Assembly (NCBI GenBank): GCA_041660105.1
Contig: JBAZWZ010000002.1
Location: forward strand, 57,964-121,963
Direction: 5' to 3'
Length of the DNA: 64,000 nt
Origin: Minisyncoccota bacterium
GTDB taxonomy: Bacteria > Patescibacteriota > Minisyncoccia > Phycocordibacterales > UBA1550
The notes beneath the pieces were generated by a model. That model ran no database searches. It had not been told where the DNA came from and saw only the letters and a program-made list of their open reading frames with translations. Below are positions 47,705 through 57,388 of this stretch, piece by piece (position 1 is the stretch's first letter; the number at the start of each line of letters is the position of its first letter). The position numbers and the translations under genes were made by a program.

Positions 47705-48430
47705 TCAATTGGATTTTATTAACAAATGTGCCAAATACTCTTTGTTGCCTGCCCCACCTAGAACTGGCGACGGAATCACCGCCTTGCATACAAGCCCAAG
47801 CTCCTCACTTTTCTTTACTACAGTCTCGACTGCATCACTGCGAAGCTTTTCATCGGTCACTACGCCATTCTTGCCAAGCTTACCTTTCCCAACTTCAAAC
47901 TGCGGTTTAATGAGTATCACAGCGCTTCCCTTTTCTTTTAACATAGACTTCACACGAGGAAGAATCTTAGTAACAGAAATAAACGAAACATCAACAACGG
48001 CGAGGTCCACGGGCAGAGGTAGCTCAACAGTGCGAACATCAGTCTCTTCCATCGATATCACGCGCGGGTCATTGCGAAGCTCTGGCACGAGCTGATCACG
48101 ACCAACATCAATCGCAAAAACTTTTTCAGCGCCACGCTGAAGCACACAGTCGGTAAATCCTCCCGTCGATGCACCAATATCGGCGACCGCAAGACCCTTC
48201 ACATCAATATCAAAAACCTCAAGTGCCTTCTCGAGCTTGAGACCACCGCGACCAACAAACGGAAGTTGCTCAGTGACTTCAATAGTCGTCACATCATCGA
48301 CAGGCAAGCTAGGCTTCTCTACAATAACACCACCAACAACGACTTTTTTTGTATGCACAAGCTCCGCCGCTTGAGTGCGACTGCGTGCGAGACCTTTTTC
48401 TACGAGGGCTATGTCGATGCGCTTTTTCAT
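47705..48430 (-). CDS. tlyA: TlyA-family rRNA 2'-O-methyltransferase (S4 domain + FtsJ-like MTase)
   Basis: MKKRIDIALVEKGLARSRTQAAELV (S4 domain) and ADIGASTGGFTD (SAM motif I). Confidence 0.8.
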   Translation of the reverse strand: MKKRIDIALVEKGLARSRTQAAELVHTKKVVVGGVIVEKPSLPVDDVTTIEVTEQLPFVGRGGLKLEKALEVFDIDVKGLAVADIGASTGGFTDCVLQRGAEKVFAIDVGRDQLVPELRNDPRVISMEETDVRTVELPLPVDLAVVDVSFISVTKILPRVKSMLKEKGSAVILIKPQFEVGKGKLGKNGVVTDEKLRSDAVETVVKKSEELGLVCKAVIPSPVLGGAGNKEYLAHLLIKSN

Positions 48431-48470
48431 GTTTACCTTTTTATCATATTTACTGCGTGTTGTCATTGAA

Positions 48471-48539
48471 CTCGAAAATTAAAACAAAGGACCGCCCTTT
48501 TTGAATTCTCAAGGGCGGTCCTTTGTTTTAATTTTCGAG
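48471..48539. terminator. 27-bp perfect inverted repeat CTCGAAAATTAAAACAAAGGACCGCCC ... GGGCGGTCCTTTGTTTTAATTTTCGAG
   Basis: Fills the rpsP-tlyA spacer. The 14-nt loop is TTTTTGAATTCTCA. Confidence 0.6.
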
Positions 48540-48545
48540 TGTCGC

Positions 48546-48968
48546 TTACGCTACAACTTCTGGTGTTGCCTCTGTTGCTACTTCAGCTACGGGAGCCTCT
48601 GCTACTACTTCTGCGGGGGCTTCTGCGGGAGTCTCGGCTGCTGCTGCGGCTGGTGCGGCTGCCTTTGGAGCCTCTGCGGGAACTTCCTTAACGATAGGAG
48701 TCTTCTTGCCGAGAACGTTCACCTTCTTTCCTGAAACCGCTTTGAGGTCTACGAGGAGGTTGTGAACTGTTCCTGACGCCTTTGCGCCTACTGACATCCA
48801 GTGCTTTGCGCGCTCTACGTTGATAACGGGCTTTCCCATACGCGCGTTATATGAACCGAGAACTTCAAGGAAGTTTCCAGTCTTTGGCTTTAACTTTGAA
48901 TCTGTAACGATGACGCGGAATGATGGGTCATTCTTGCGGCCAACGCGTTGTAGTCGAATTGATAACAT
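48546..48968 (-). CDS. rpsP: 30S ribosomal protein S16 with Ala/Pro/Glu-rich C-terminal extension
   Basis: MLSIRLQRVGRKNDPSFRVIV is the S16 signature. The C-terminal tail is AEAPKAAAPAAAAAETPAEAPAEVV. Confidence 0.85.
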   Translation of the reverse strand: MLSIRLQRVGRKNDPSFRVIVTDSKLKPKTGNFLEVLGSYNARMGKPVINVERAKHWMSVGAKASGTVHNLLVDLKAVSGKKVNVLGKKTPIVKEVPAEAPKAAAPAAAAAETPAEAPAEVVAEAPVAEVATEATPEVVA

Positions 48969-48990
48969 AGGCAACATCCTATCAAAAAGG

Positions 48991-49030
48991 CCCCAAACAG
49001 TCAAGCGATTGACTGTTTGGGGGAGTAGTG
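48991..49030 (-). terminator. rho-independent terminator CCCCAAACAGTCAA-gcg-TTGACTGTTTGGGG
   Basis: Perfect 14-bp stem followed on the minus strand by CTTTTTGAT. A second hairpin, AAAGGGCTCA-aaat-GAGCCCTTT at 49062-49084, follows directly after the 49095 gene stop. Confidence 0.55.
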
Positions 49031-49094
49031 GCTAACCACATACACTAAACTAATAAAGAAAAGGGCTCAAAATGAGCCCTTTAAGTGCAGAAAA

Positions 49095-49517
49095 CTATTT
49101 GACGGGTGTCCAAAGACTGCCATTCACCACCTTGGCCTTGAGCTTTTTGGGGGCGAGATATTGATCGTCCAAAATCTCGAATTTCTCGAAACCGTTGCGG
49201 GGCTCCATCACTACCTCTGTTTCGTAGTTTGGGCTTCCGTCGAGAAATAATAGGCGACGTCCTCTTGTTTTGACAATATCGCCAATCCTGTATGAGACAT
49301 CTTTGTCGAGATCCTTCTCCTCTGCAATTGTGCCGAGACCGAGACAGCGTCCACGGTAGGAAACGAGAAAAAGGATGACTACAAAGAAAACAGTTGCAAA
49401 AAATATAAACAGCCCCGAAAATTCTGGATCCTTGAAAGCAACAAAAAGGCATCCAGCAAATATTGCTGAAAAGATACCGATGATTATTTTCTGTGTTCTG
49501 TTTTCGTTCTTACTCAT
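49095..49517 (-). CDS. hypothetical membrane protein (2 TM, about 140 aa)
   Basis: MSKNENRTQKIIIGIFSAIFAGCLFVAF... has two hydrophobic helices and a soluble C-terminal domain. Confidence 0.5.
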   Translation of the reverse strand: MSKNENRTQKIIIGIFSAIFAGCLFVAFKDPEFSGLFIFFATVFFVVILFLVSYRGRCLGLGTIAEEKDLDKDVSYRIGDIVKTRGRRLLFLDGSPNYETEVVMEPRNGFEKFEILDDQYLAPKKLKAKVVNGSLWTPVK

Positions 49518-49633
49518 CACACACCTCACTTTTTGTAGTTGAAAGAATTACTTCTAAATTCAAACTACCACTTCCCTGCTATTTGTCAACAAAAAAAGGG
49601 CCCGAAATGGACCCTTTTGAACTAGAATGGTTG

Positions 49634-49870
49634 CTACTCTTGCGCTTCGTCCTGCTGGTTTTTCGCAAGGAGAGCGCTGAGCTTTTGTGCTGAGCGTCGT
49701 GCTTGTTGGCCGATACGGACGAGTTTGGGGATTTCAGAAATTGAAACTATCGCTCGAACTGGTTCCTTCACGCCAATTACGTTGGTATACTGAGGCAAAT
49801 TCGTAAACTCAACCAGTGCGCTTCCGTCTGGTTTCGTTGAAAGTACTTTCATTTCTTCCTCCTTAATCAT
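49634..49870 (-). CDS. small hypothetical protein, possibly KH-like RNA-binding (78 aa)
   Basis: ...VIGVKEPVRAIVSISEIPKLVRIGQQARRSAQKLSALL weakly resembles the YlqC/KH fold. Low certainty. Confidence 0.35.
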   Translation of the reverse strand: MIKEEEMKVLSTKPDGSALVEFTNLPQYTNVIGVKEPVRAIVSISEIPKLVRIGQQARRSAQKLSALLAKNQQDEAQE

Positions 49871-49988
49871 TTATGATGTACCAGATTTCATCGTACCATA
49901 AATTTACTAAATAACAATTACTTAGAAGTATGCGTGGTCAGTTGTCCCAAAATGTCATCTGTCAAATGTTCCCCAACTGTGCTATCTT

Positions 49989-52019
49989 ATGAGCAATATG
50001 AACGACAAAAATACTAAAGACTCCAACTTTGCTGAAGGCGTTATTACTACCACGGCGAAAGGTTTTGGCTTTGTTTCTGTGGGCGAAGATAGCCCGCGCG
50101 AAAACGATATCAAAATCGAGGCAGGTTTCCTTAATACCGCACTACCCCGCGACAGAGTGAAAGTACGTTTGAACGCTAAAGTCGGAGACATGCAGCAAAC
50201 GGGAGAGGTTACAGAGATTCTCGCGCGCAATAAGATAACCTTCGTGGGCCTCATCGACGAAGAAGGTGGGTCAACATTCCTCATTCCTCAGGATACACGC
50301 ATCTATGTGGACTTCTTTATTCCCAATCCTACCCAAAGCAAAGCGGGTGACAAAAATGAAGAGAAACTTCGTGGCAAAAAAGTACTCGTGCGACTCATGG
50401 ACTGGACTGACCCAAAGAAAAACCCAACCGCAGAGATTATTGAGGTACTCGGTCAGGCTGGCGATAACGAAACAGAGATCCGCGCTATCGTCCTCGACAA
50501 GGGGCTTCAGATGGAGCTTCCTGAAGAAATTCATCGTGAAGCAGACGAGCTCAAGAAAACTGCGCCTGCATTTATCGCAGAGGAAGCAAAGAAACGTCGC
50601 GACTTCAGAAATGTAACGACATTCACTATCGACCCTGCGGATGCGAAGGACTTTGACGATGCTATCTCTATCCAGACACTCGCAAACGGCGACATTGAAA
50701 TCGGTGTGCATATTGCAGACGTGTCGGCGTACGTGAAGCCTCATATGGCTATCGACGAGGAGGCGCGCAACCGTGCTACATCTATCTACCTTGTGGACCG
50801 TGTGATCCCAATGTTCCCTGAGGTTCTCTCCAACGACCTCTGCTCGCTCAATGAGAAGGAAGACAAGCTCGTGTTCTCAGCTGTGTTTACGTTTGCGCCA
50901 GAAGCGTTTAGTGACCCAAAGACGAAAGTGATTGTGAAAGACAAATGGTTTGGTCGTGCAATCATCAATTCTGCAAAGCGCTTTACCTACGAGAATGCGC
51001 AAGAAATCCTCGACAAGGGCGAAGGTCTTTTCTATAACGAGCTCAATATGCTCAATGTGATGGCAAAAAAGCTCGCTATCCAAGACAAAGCAGAAGGCGC
51101 TATTTCTTTTGAACACGAGGAGGTACGTTTCGAACTCGACGAAAACAAAAAGCCTATTCGCGTATACACAAAGACATTTCAAGACACCAATAAGCTTGTG
51201 GAAATGTATATGCTCCTCGCCAATAAAAAGGTGGCAGAGTTCGTGTCTTCGAAGCTCGGTGACAATAATGGCAAGCTCGCACACCCCGACCATGTGAATG
51301 ATCTCTTTATTTATCGTATCCACGATGAACCAAAACCAGAACGCATCCTCGAGCTCTCGAAGTTCGTCGCTGGTCTCGGGTATAAACTTCCCGTAAAGGA
51401 GGGTCGTGTATCCTCAACAGATATCAATAAATTCCTCGAATCAATCAAGGGTAAGCCGGAGGAAACAATGCTCAACACCGCCACGGTGCGCACGATGGCA
51501 AAAGCAATCTACTCGACCAATAATATCGGCCATTTTGGTCTCGCATACGAGCACTACGCACACTTCACCTCCCCTATTCGTCGATATCCTGACGTGATGG
51601 TACACCGCATCCTCGCGCACTTCCTCGCTGATGAGAGGGTTACCAAAGATGAGATGGAAGAATACCGTAAGCTCGCATCGCACTCATCTGAAATGGAAAA
51701 GCTTGCTGCCGATGCAGAGCGCGCATCTATCAAGTTTAAGCAAGCGGAGTATATGAATGAACGCGTTGGCAAAGAATTTATGGGGACTATCTCTGGTGTT
51801 GCTGAATGGGGTGTCTTCGTAGAGGAAGACGAGACAAAGTGTGAAGGTCTCATCCGTATCTCAGACCTCGGCAATGACTATTACATCTTTGAGCGCGACA
51901 AGTATCGCATCGTTGGAAAGACGAAACACGAAAAGTTTCAGCTTGGAGAGAAAATAAAATTCCGCGTGAAAGCGGTTGACCTCGAGAAGAAGTCGATTGA
52001 TTACGAGCTCGTGAAGTAA
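49989..52019 (+). CDS. rnr: ribonuclease R (RNB family 3'-5' exoribonuclease)
   Basis: N-terminal OB/cold-shock domains, RNB motifs (DPADAKDFDDAISI, VYLVDRVIPM) and a C-terminal S1 domain. Confidence 0.9.
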   Translation: MSNMNDKNTKDSNFAEGVITTTAKGFGFVSVGEDSPRENDIKIEAGFLNTALPRDRVKVRLNAKVGDMQQTGEVTEILARNKITFVGLIDEEGGSTFLIPQDTRIYVDFFIPNPTQSKAGDKNEEKLRGKKVLVRLMDWTDPKKNPTAEIIEVLGQAGDNETEIRAIVLDKGLQMELPEEIHREADELKKTAPAFIAEEAKKRRDFRNVTTFTIDPADAKDFDDAISIQTLANGDIEIGVHIADVSAYVKPHMAIDEEARNRATSIYLVDRVIPMFPEVLSNDLCSLNEKEDKLVFSAVFTFAPEAFSDPKTKVIVKDKWFGRAIINSAKRFTYENAQEILDKGEGLFYNELNMLNVMAKKLAIQDKAEGAISFEHEEVRFELDENKKPIRVYTKTFQDTNKLVEMYMLLANKKVAEFVSSKLGDNNGKLAHPDHVNDLFIYRIHDEPKPERILELSKFVAGLGYKLPVKEGRVSSTDINKFLESIKGKPEETMLNTATVRTMAKAIYSTNNIGHFGLAYEHYAHFTSPIRRYPDVMVHRILAHFLADERVTKDEMEEYRKLASHSSEMEKLAADAERASIKFKQAEYMNERVGKEFMGTISGVAEWGVFVEEDETKCEGLIRISDLGNDYYIFERDKYRIVGKTKHEKFQLGEKIKFRVKAVDLEKKSIDYELVK

Positions 52020-52026
52020 TAAAAGG

Positions 52027-52059
52027 AAGCCCGTGGCGCATCGCGCCACGGGCTTTTGT
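52027..52059. terminator. bidirectional terminator AAGCCCGTGGCGC-atc-GCGCCACGGGCTT + TTTTG
   Basis: Perfect 13-bp stem between convergent rnr and gmk. Confidence 0.6.
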
Positions 52060-52060
52060 A

Positions 52061-52642
52061 TTACTCACGAAGGGCTGAGGGCCCGACACGGTATACGATT
52101 TTGTCACAGATTTTCTGGACAACATCCTTCGGGTCATCATTGTCGCTATTTCTGATACGATATTTGATAAAGGGACTAAGGATGTTGAGCAATTCATCAT
52201 CGAGCTTCGCGATGCGTTCCTGCTTCTTTTCTTCGCTTATATCACGCTCATTGATGCGACGGATGAGGTCTTCTTTTGGTGCTGTGACGAAGAACGTTTG
52301 GGCTTCGGGGTAAATACGAGCGATTGATTCAACCCCCTGAATGTCCACGACGAGCAAGACGAGCGCCCCCGTCGCCAACATAGAATCAAGATCATCCCGC
52401 AATGTCCCATACAAATGCCCGTAGACTTCTGCGCTCTCAACAAATTCACCACGACGAACAGATTCGATAAACTCCACACGACTGAAGAAATAGTAATCTA
52501 CCCCATTTACTTCACCCGGACGAGGGTCACGCGTCGTGCCACTAATTACCTTTTTTGTGTTTAAACGTTTTTCGATTGCTGTTGAAAGTTTAGTTTTCCC
52601 AGCTCCCGAAGGTCCTGCAAGCACCACAATGCGTCCACTCAT
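52061..52642 (-). CDS. gmk: guanylate kinase
   Basis: GRIVVLAGPSGAGKTKL P-loop and TTRDPRPGEVNGVDYYF. Confidence 0.85.
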   Translation of the reverse strand: MSGRIVVLAGPSGAGKTKLSTAIEKRLNTKKVISGTTRDPRPGEVNGVDYYFFSRVEFIESVRRGEFVESAEVYGHLYGTLRDDLDSMLATGALVLLVVDIQGVESIARIYPEAQTFFVTAPKEDLIRRINERDISEEKKQERIAKLDDELLNILSPFIKYRIRNSDNDDPKDVVQKICDKIVYRVGPSALRE

Positions 52643-52752
52643 GTCTGTTCCCCTTCCTTGGAATAGTTTGTTTGGGTGTTCCATAAATCAGAGTACAGAA
52701 AATTTACCAACAAGTCAAAAGCCCGTTGCGCATAACGCAACGAGCTTGTTCT

Positions 52753-53349
52753 CTACGTCAGATTCCCGACGATTTCCTCCCACGAATAGACGCGGGTGAC
52801 ATTCTTGGGAAGCTCAGCGGTTTGATTCCAAGGCGCATCGAGAAGTAACACAGGTGTTCCCGTAGCAGCAATATCAAATGCGTAATCCAAGTGATCGTCA
52901 ATAAATACTTCTATTCCAAGATCAAGACAAAGCTCCGCCTTCCTTCTCTTGGTAGGAATACCTTTATATACACTCCCATTTGGAAAATGAAAACTATCAA
53001 GTAAAAACGGAATATGTTTTTGTGCAAGAAGTAACGTGATAGGACTAAATTCTTTTCTTCGTGCAGTAATAATATGCAGTTCTTTGTCTTTGCCTTTCAA
53101 CATCCTGAGAGAGTCAACTGCTGCATTAATTAATTTGGTGGATGTGTGCTCATCGGAACTAAAGAAATTGTCGATTCGCTTGTTCGCCTCATCAAGTGAA
53201 CAACCCCAAATTTTTTCAATAGAATAAGTAAAAATATCCTTTCTTTCATACGCGGTCCCATACACACGATTATGCCACAGCGCCATCGCTTCGTTTGTCG
53301 AAACAATTACATCATCAAAATCAATGCCAATTACTTTTGCGTTTTTCAT
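52753..53349 (-). CDS. HAD-superfamily hydrolase, 5'(3')-deoxyribonucleotidase-like
   Basis: IGIDFDDVI (DxDx[T/V] motif I) and FIDDH (motif IV). Confidence 0.7.
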   Translation of the reverse strand: MKNAKVIGIDFDDVIVSTNEAMALWHNRVYGTAYERKDIFTYSIEKIWGCSLDEANKRIDNFFSSDEHTSTKLINAAVDSLRMLKGKDKELHIITARRKEFSPITLLLAQKHIPFLLDSFHFPNGSVYKGIPTKRRKAELCLDLGIEVFIDDHLDYAFDIAATGTPVLLLDAPWNQTAELPKNVTRVYSWEEIVGNLT

Positions 53350-53750
53350 TTAAAATCTGATTTATGGGACACAATTGCTTTTGCAATATACGCGCGAAGT
53401 TTTGGCGCGCCCGAAAAATCAGTTGTCTTCTTTGGGGTATGTTCAAAAATATTAAAACCTTTCTCATCATATCGCGGTACGAGCTGCCAATGAACATGTT
53501 TCGCTTCGTCCATATACACGAGATAAACCTTTTTAACTTTAAGCATTTTGAGGAGTGCATCGCGCGTCACATCCACGACGTGCATCAGATGCTCATACTG
53601 CTTACACGTGAGATCACGCAAGTCAGGCACTTCATTCTTCCAAACAACGATAGTGTGCCCCACGGTAACAGGAAAAAGTGCGAGACAAACATAAAGATAT
53701 TTATCTTCGTACACAATCGATTCTTTTGGAGGAGTTGGGAGTTTTGACAT
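53346..53750 (-). CDS. HIT-family (histidine triad) hydrolase
   Basis: HVHWQLVPR is a histidine-triad variant. 134 aa. Overlaps the downstream gene by 4 nt. Confidence 0.75.
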   Translation of the reverse strand: MSKLPTPPKESIVYEDKYLYVCLALFPVTVGHTIVVWKNEVPDLRDLTCKQYEHLMHVVDVTRDALLKMLKVKKVYLVYMDEAKHVHWQLVPRYDEKGFNIFEHTPKKTTDFSGAPKLRAYIAKAIVSHKSDFK

Positions 53751-53819
53751 ATTTACTTTACTATCTCTACTATTCCATTAATTTAACGAGTTCCTAAACA
53801 TTATTGCTTTATCAATACC

Positions 53820-54071
53820 TTATTTATACATATCCTTTCTGTGCCCAACCTTTAGAATTTTAGCCGTGTCTTTTTCAACATCAAACGCAACTCTATAATC
53901 TCCAATACGAAAACGGTATTCTCCAAATTCAAAATCTGTAAGATGTTCCGCAAAATGAAGTGGCGTCGATGCCGACATATAAAACTCAAGTTTCTCCATT
54001 ATCAACAATTGAACCTTGCGAGGAAGCTTAGAAAATTCTTTGATCGAGTTGCCCTTGAAATCGTACTTCAT
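53820..54071 (-). CDS. type II toxin, RelE/ParE family
   Basis: YRFRIGDYRVAFDVEKDTAKILKVGHRKDMYK matches the RelE/ParE consensus (YRIRVGDYRIIY...I.IGHRKD.Y). Confidence 0.85.
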   Translation of the reverse strand: MKYDFKGNSIKEFSKLPRKVQLLIMEKLEFYMSASTPLHFAEHLTDFEFGEYRFRIGDYRVAFDVEKDTAKILKVGHRKDMYK

Positions 54072-54073
54072 AA

Positions 54074-54298
54074 TTAGGCAAGTCCAAGTTTCTTGTACAA
54101 ATCCTTTGATGAAACTTCTTTTTTAGAAATGCGTGCACGTGCAATATCTTGCTTATATTTTTTTGAGGTAGACATTTGATAGTATTCTTCAAGCTGACTT
54201 ACCCTTTCACGAATGGTCTCCCATACCGAAACAGGCAAGACCACAACAGGGTTCTTGCCGAGCTTGAAAATTTGCGCTTTTTTCATCAATGTATTCAT
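54074..54298 (-). CDS. cognate type II antitoxin (74 aa)
   Basis: Immediately upstream of the toxin with a 2-nt spacer. The small basic/acidic protein has a canonical antitoxin-toxin arrangement. Confidence 0.6.
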   Translation of the reverse strand: MNTLMKKAQIFKLGKNPVVVLPVSVWETIRERVSQLEEYYQMSTSKKYKQDIARARISKKEVSSKDLYKKLGLA

Positions 54299-54333
54299 AT
54301 TTTTATGATACTCTTTTTTACAAAAATCACAAA

Positions 54334-56577
54334 CTATTTCGCCACTTCCACAGCTTCTTCAAACTTGATTGAGAGGAGCTTTGAGATTGCGTCTGAGCCC
54401 ATCGTCACACCGTAAATGATACCCGCGCGCGACATCGTTTCGCGGTTGTGCGTGATCACAATAAGCTGTGAATACTTTGAGAGTGTTGCGACCATATCGC
54501 CATACTTCTTTGAGTTGGCCTCATCGAGTGCTGCATCTGTCTCATCGAGTACGAGAAATGGTGGTGGGTTCACCTGTGACACTGCGAAGATGAGTGCAAT
54601 AGAGGTGAGTGCACGCTCTCCACCAGAAAGCATCTGAAGTCCTCGAATCTTCTTGTGTGGAAGTGAGATTGCAACCTCAATCCCCTCCTCGCCTTCTTCT
54701 TCCTCAATCTCATCAGGGTTCTCAACGATGTCGGTATCCAAGCGCTTTCTCTTCTTCTCAATAGCAACCTCGAGTGAGGCAGTCCCACCACCAAACATAA
54801 GCGCAAAGAATTCACCGAACTGCTTGTTGATCTTCTTGATACCCTCTTTGAATTGCACCCCAAGGGTCTCCTCGAGCTCACGACAGAGTGCGTGGAGCGA
54901 CTCAGCGCCCTTGGTAAGGTCTTCGAGCTCGCGTGCGAGGAAATTATCGCGCTCAACGGCCTCTTCATACTCACGCATAATCTCCTCTCCCGAACCGCCA
55001 CCCATCATATCCTCGAGACGAATCTTGGTACGCTCAATCTTCTTGCGACGAGCCTCTTGCTCAGCACGAGACTCTGTAAGTGCCATCTCAATATCAATAG
55101 GAGTATTTACATAGTCGAGCACAGAGCGTCCCACGAGGATACCTCCCTCACGAAGTTCTTCACGGAAGGAAACTTCATCGCGGGCAAAGTTCTCAATGTG
55201 CTCACGTACCATACCGAGGCGAAGGGTAAGCTCTTGCTTCTTGGCACGGAACTCAAACGATGCACGCTCTGCTTCTGTCGTCTCTGTGCGCTTGTTCTCC
55301 AGTACTGCTTCAAGCTCATGAACCCTCCTCTCAAAACCACGAATCATTTCTTCGAGGTTGTGTTGTGAATCAAGAAGTGTCTTGTGCTCATTACGCAAAT
55401 CATCGAGTGCCTTAATAACGGCATCATTGTTTACGGGCACACCCTCAGAACCACGAATGTGTTCGAGAAACTTCCCCACTTTCTGGCGGGTAGCACTTAC
55501 TACACCTTTAATATACAAATAGTCCTCGCTTGATTCTGCGTGTCCAAGCTCGTCGTAGAGATTTTGTGCGAGATTCTCAGCCTCTTCTGCGCTCACAACC
55601 TTTTCGTGTTTCTCAAGTGGCGTATTCAAACGGCGCTCCTCGTACTCGATCATTCCCTCGAGGCGACCTATCTTGCGACCGAGGTCATCACGCTCACGAC
55701 GAACAGCGCCCATCTCAGAGCGGACCTTCACGAGCTCGGCAACCTCAGCGCTGTCCTTGGTCTGAACACCGCGCAGACTGTCCGCATGCGCAAGCGCCTC
55801 ATTGGCCACATGGAGTTCTTTCTCAAGTACTTCTTTCTCCTTGTGGAGCTTCTCACGTGTGTGTTTGATGTACGTCTCCTCACGAATCAAATAATCACCA
55901 TAAAGCATCGCGAGCTCATCACGGAGAGTACGTGCCTGCTCCACTTTCTCAACTTGTTTCTTCAAGAATTTAATGTGTGGAGCAATCTCACGACGAAGCG
56001 ACTCTGTCTGACGCATATTCTCCTCTGTCTTCGCGAGTTTCTTCTCGCTCTCTGCAATCTTCCACTGATAAATCTTGAGACCAAGCGCGTCCTCAATCAT
56101 CACACGGCGCTCCTTGGGTGATGTGTTCAAAATACGATCTGCCTCGCCCTGAGAAATGATGTGGTGCCCTGACGCACCAATGTGCACGGACGCAAGGAGC
56201 TCGATAACGTCCTTGAGGCGCACTGAAGATCCATTGATAAAATACTCACTCGATGCATCGCGGTGAATCTCGCGAGAAATAGCAACCTCGTCGTAATCGA
56301 TAGGAAATGTACGGTCTTTGTTATCAAAAGAAATAGTGACACGTGCGCGGTTCTGACGCTCGGCCGACTTGGAGCCGTTGAAGATGAGATCCTCGGTGCG
56401 CTTACCACGCATCGACTTGAGCGACTGCTCTCCGAGTACGAAACGAAGCGCCTCGGCGACGTTGGACTTGCCGGAGCCGTTGGGACCCACGATAGCGGAA
56501 ATAGACGCCCCAAACTCAAGGGTGCTCTTCTTTGCGAAGGATTTAAAACCTGAAATCTCGAGACTTTTTACACGCAT
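54334..56577 (-). CDS. smc: SMC-family chromosome partition ATPase (short, 747 aa)
   Basis: N-terminal Walker A IVGPNGSGKSNV, a long coiled coil, and C-terminal LSGGERALTSIALIFA...FLVLDETDAALD signature/Walker B. scpA and scpB are present elsewhere in the window. Confidence 0.8.
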   Translation of the reverse strand: MRVKSLEISGFKSFAKKSTLEFGASISAIVGPNGSGKSNVAEALRFVLGEQSLKSMRGKRTEDLIFNGSKSAERQNRARVTISFDNKDRTFPIDYDEVAISREIHRDASSEYFINGSSVRLKDVIELLASVHIGASGHHIISQGEADRILNTSPKERRVMIEDALGLKIYQWKIAESEKKLAKTEENMRQTESLRREIAPHIKFLKKQVEKVEQARTLRDELAMLYGDYLIREETYIKHTREKLHKEKEVLEKELHVANEALAHADSLRGVQTKDSAEVAELVKVRSEMGAVRRERDDLGRKIGRLEGMIEYEERRLNTPLEKHEKVVSAEEAENLAQNLYDELGHAESSEDYLYIKGVVSATRQKVGKFLEHIRGSEGVPVNNDAVIKALDDLRNEHKTLLDSQHNLEEMIRGFERRVHELEAVLENKRTETTEAERASFEFRAKKQELTLRLGMVREHIENFARDEVSFREELREGGILVGRSVLDYVNTPIDIEMALTESRAEQEARRKKIERTKIRLEDMMGGGSGEEIMREYEEAVERDNFLARELEDLTKGAESLHALCRELEETLGVQFKEGIKKINKQFGEFFALMFGGGTASLEVAIEKKRKRLDTDIVENPDEIEEEEGEEGIEVAISLPHKKIRGLQMLSGGERALTSIALIFAVSQVNPPPFLVLDETDAALDEANSKKYGDMVATLSKYSQLIVITHNRETMSRAGIIYGVTMGSDAISKLLSIKFEEAVEVAK

Positions 56578-56625
56578 TATGCGTATATATTACCATATTG
56601 CGTTTTATGTTGCGACAAATAAAAA

Positions 56626-56660
56626 ACCAGGTGGCATCACGAGATGCGCACCTGGTATAT
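56626..56660 (-). terminator. rho-independent terminator ACCAGGTG...CACCTGGT + TTTTTTATTT (minus strand)
   Basis: Lies after the 49-aa ORF stop. Confidence 0.55.
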
Positions 56661-56679
56661 ATTAGAACCTTGATAGTGT

Positions 56680-56829
56680 TTAGTTGTACATGCGAATCAT
56701 CTCTATGCGTTCTTTGCGCTCCTCGAGTGTTTCGCCCCAATGACACAAGCGGTCCATAACAAACCAAAAAAGAACGGTACAAAAAAGTGAAATCAAACCT
56801 ACAGCAAGCAACGATTGTAAATTACACAT
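56680..56829 (-). CDS. small membrane protein (49 aa; below the ORF-track cutoff)
   Basis: MCNLQSLLAVGLISLFCTVLFWFVMDRL... with CCCAAGGAGGGAAAAATG leader/RBS identical to that of the 95-aa gene at 57256. Confidence 0.5.
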   Translation of the reverse strand: MCNLQSLLAVGLISLFCTVLFWFVMDRLCHWGETLEERKERIEMIRMYN

Positions 56830-56968
56830 TTTTCCCTCCTTGGGAAGTTGACTAATGCTGACAAACCCTACAAATACTATACACTAATATACTATTCTGT
56901 CAACCCCAATCAAGTTGCAACGAAAAAACAGGCGAGATTATCGCCTGTTTTGAATTTATATATTTACA

Positions 56969-57256
56969 TCACGTAGTGTAAACCTTTTTTAGGGTAAATA
57001 TCCCCAAAAAGAACAGTGCGGCACCCGTAAGCCCTGTGATTAGATTTACTACAAGTGACGCAGACACGAAAGTTGCAAAAATCACGCAACCACATGCTGT
57101 AAATACCATCCCAAGAACCATGCGGGCAAGAAACCCCAACATAGGATATCCGTGCTCAAACGGACTATCACCACAGAGGAAGAAATATATTCCTCCAAAA
57201 AGAAGTACTGCGTAAACAAAAGCCCAAGCAATGAAACTCTCAATTTTTCGTAGCAT
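56969..57256 (-). CDS. small membrane protein (95 aa, 3 TM)
   Basis: Same CCCAAGGAGGGAAAAATG translation-initiation context as the 49-aa ORF, and hydrophobic helices. Confidence 0.5.
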   Translation of the reverse strand: MLRKIESFIAWAFVYAVLLFGGIYFFLCGDSPFEHGYPMLGFLARMVLGMVFTACGCVIFATFVSASLVVNLITGLTGAALFFLGIFTLKKVYTT

Positions 57257-57388
57257 TTTTCCCTCCTTGGGAGTTATTAAGATCTGAACGAAGATTAGAA
57301 TAATATTAGAAATATGTCAACAGCAAGAGCGCGAGGCCTTTGGCCTCGCGCTCCGTGTTTCTATTTGCTAATGACTATTGGCTATCAA

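Noticed and set aside
47526-48095. 189-aa plus-strand ORF overlapping tlyA
   Set aside because: It is Ser/Thr/Pro-rich low-complexity sequence antisense to the clearly conserved TlyA methyltransferase gene.
50271-51323. Antisense ORFs (157 aa, 148 aa) inside rnr
   Set aside because: They are embedded in the RNase R gene, whose protein is fully colinear with the RNB family. The antisense frames lack motifs and start contexts.
54570-56519. Several 130-190-aa ORFs on both strands inside smc
   Set aside because: The SMC reading frame is continuous, with Walker A at the N-terminus and signature/Walker B at the C-terminus. The others are frame shadows of a coiled-coil-rich gene.
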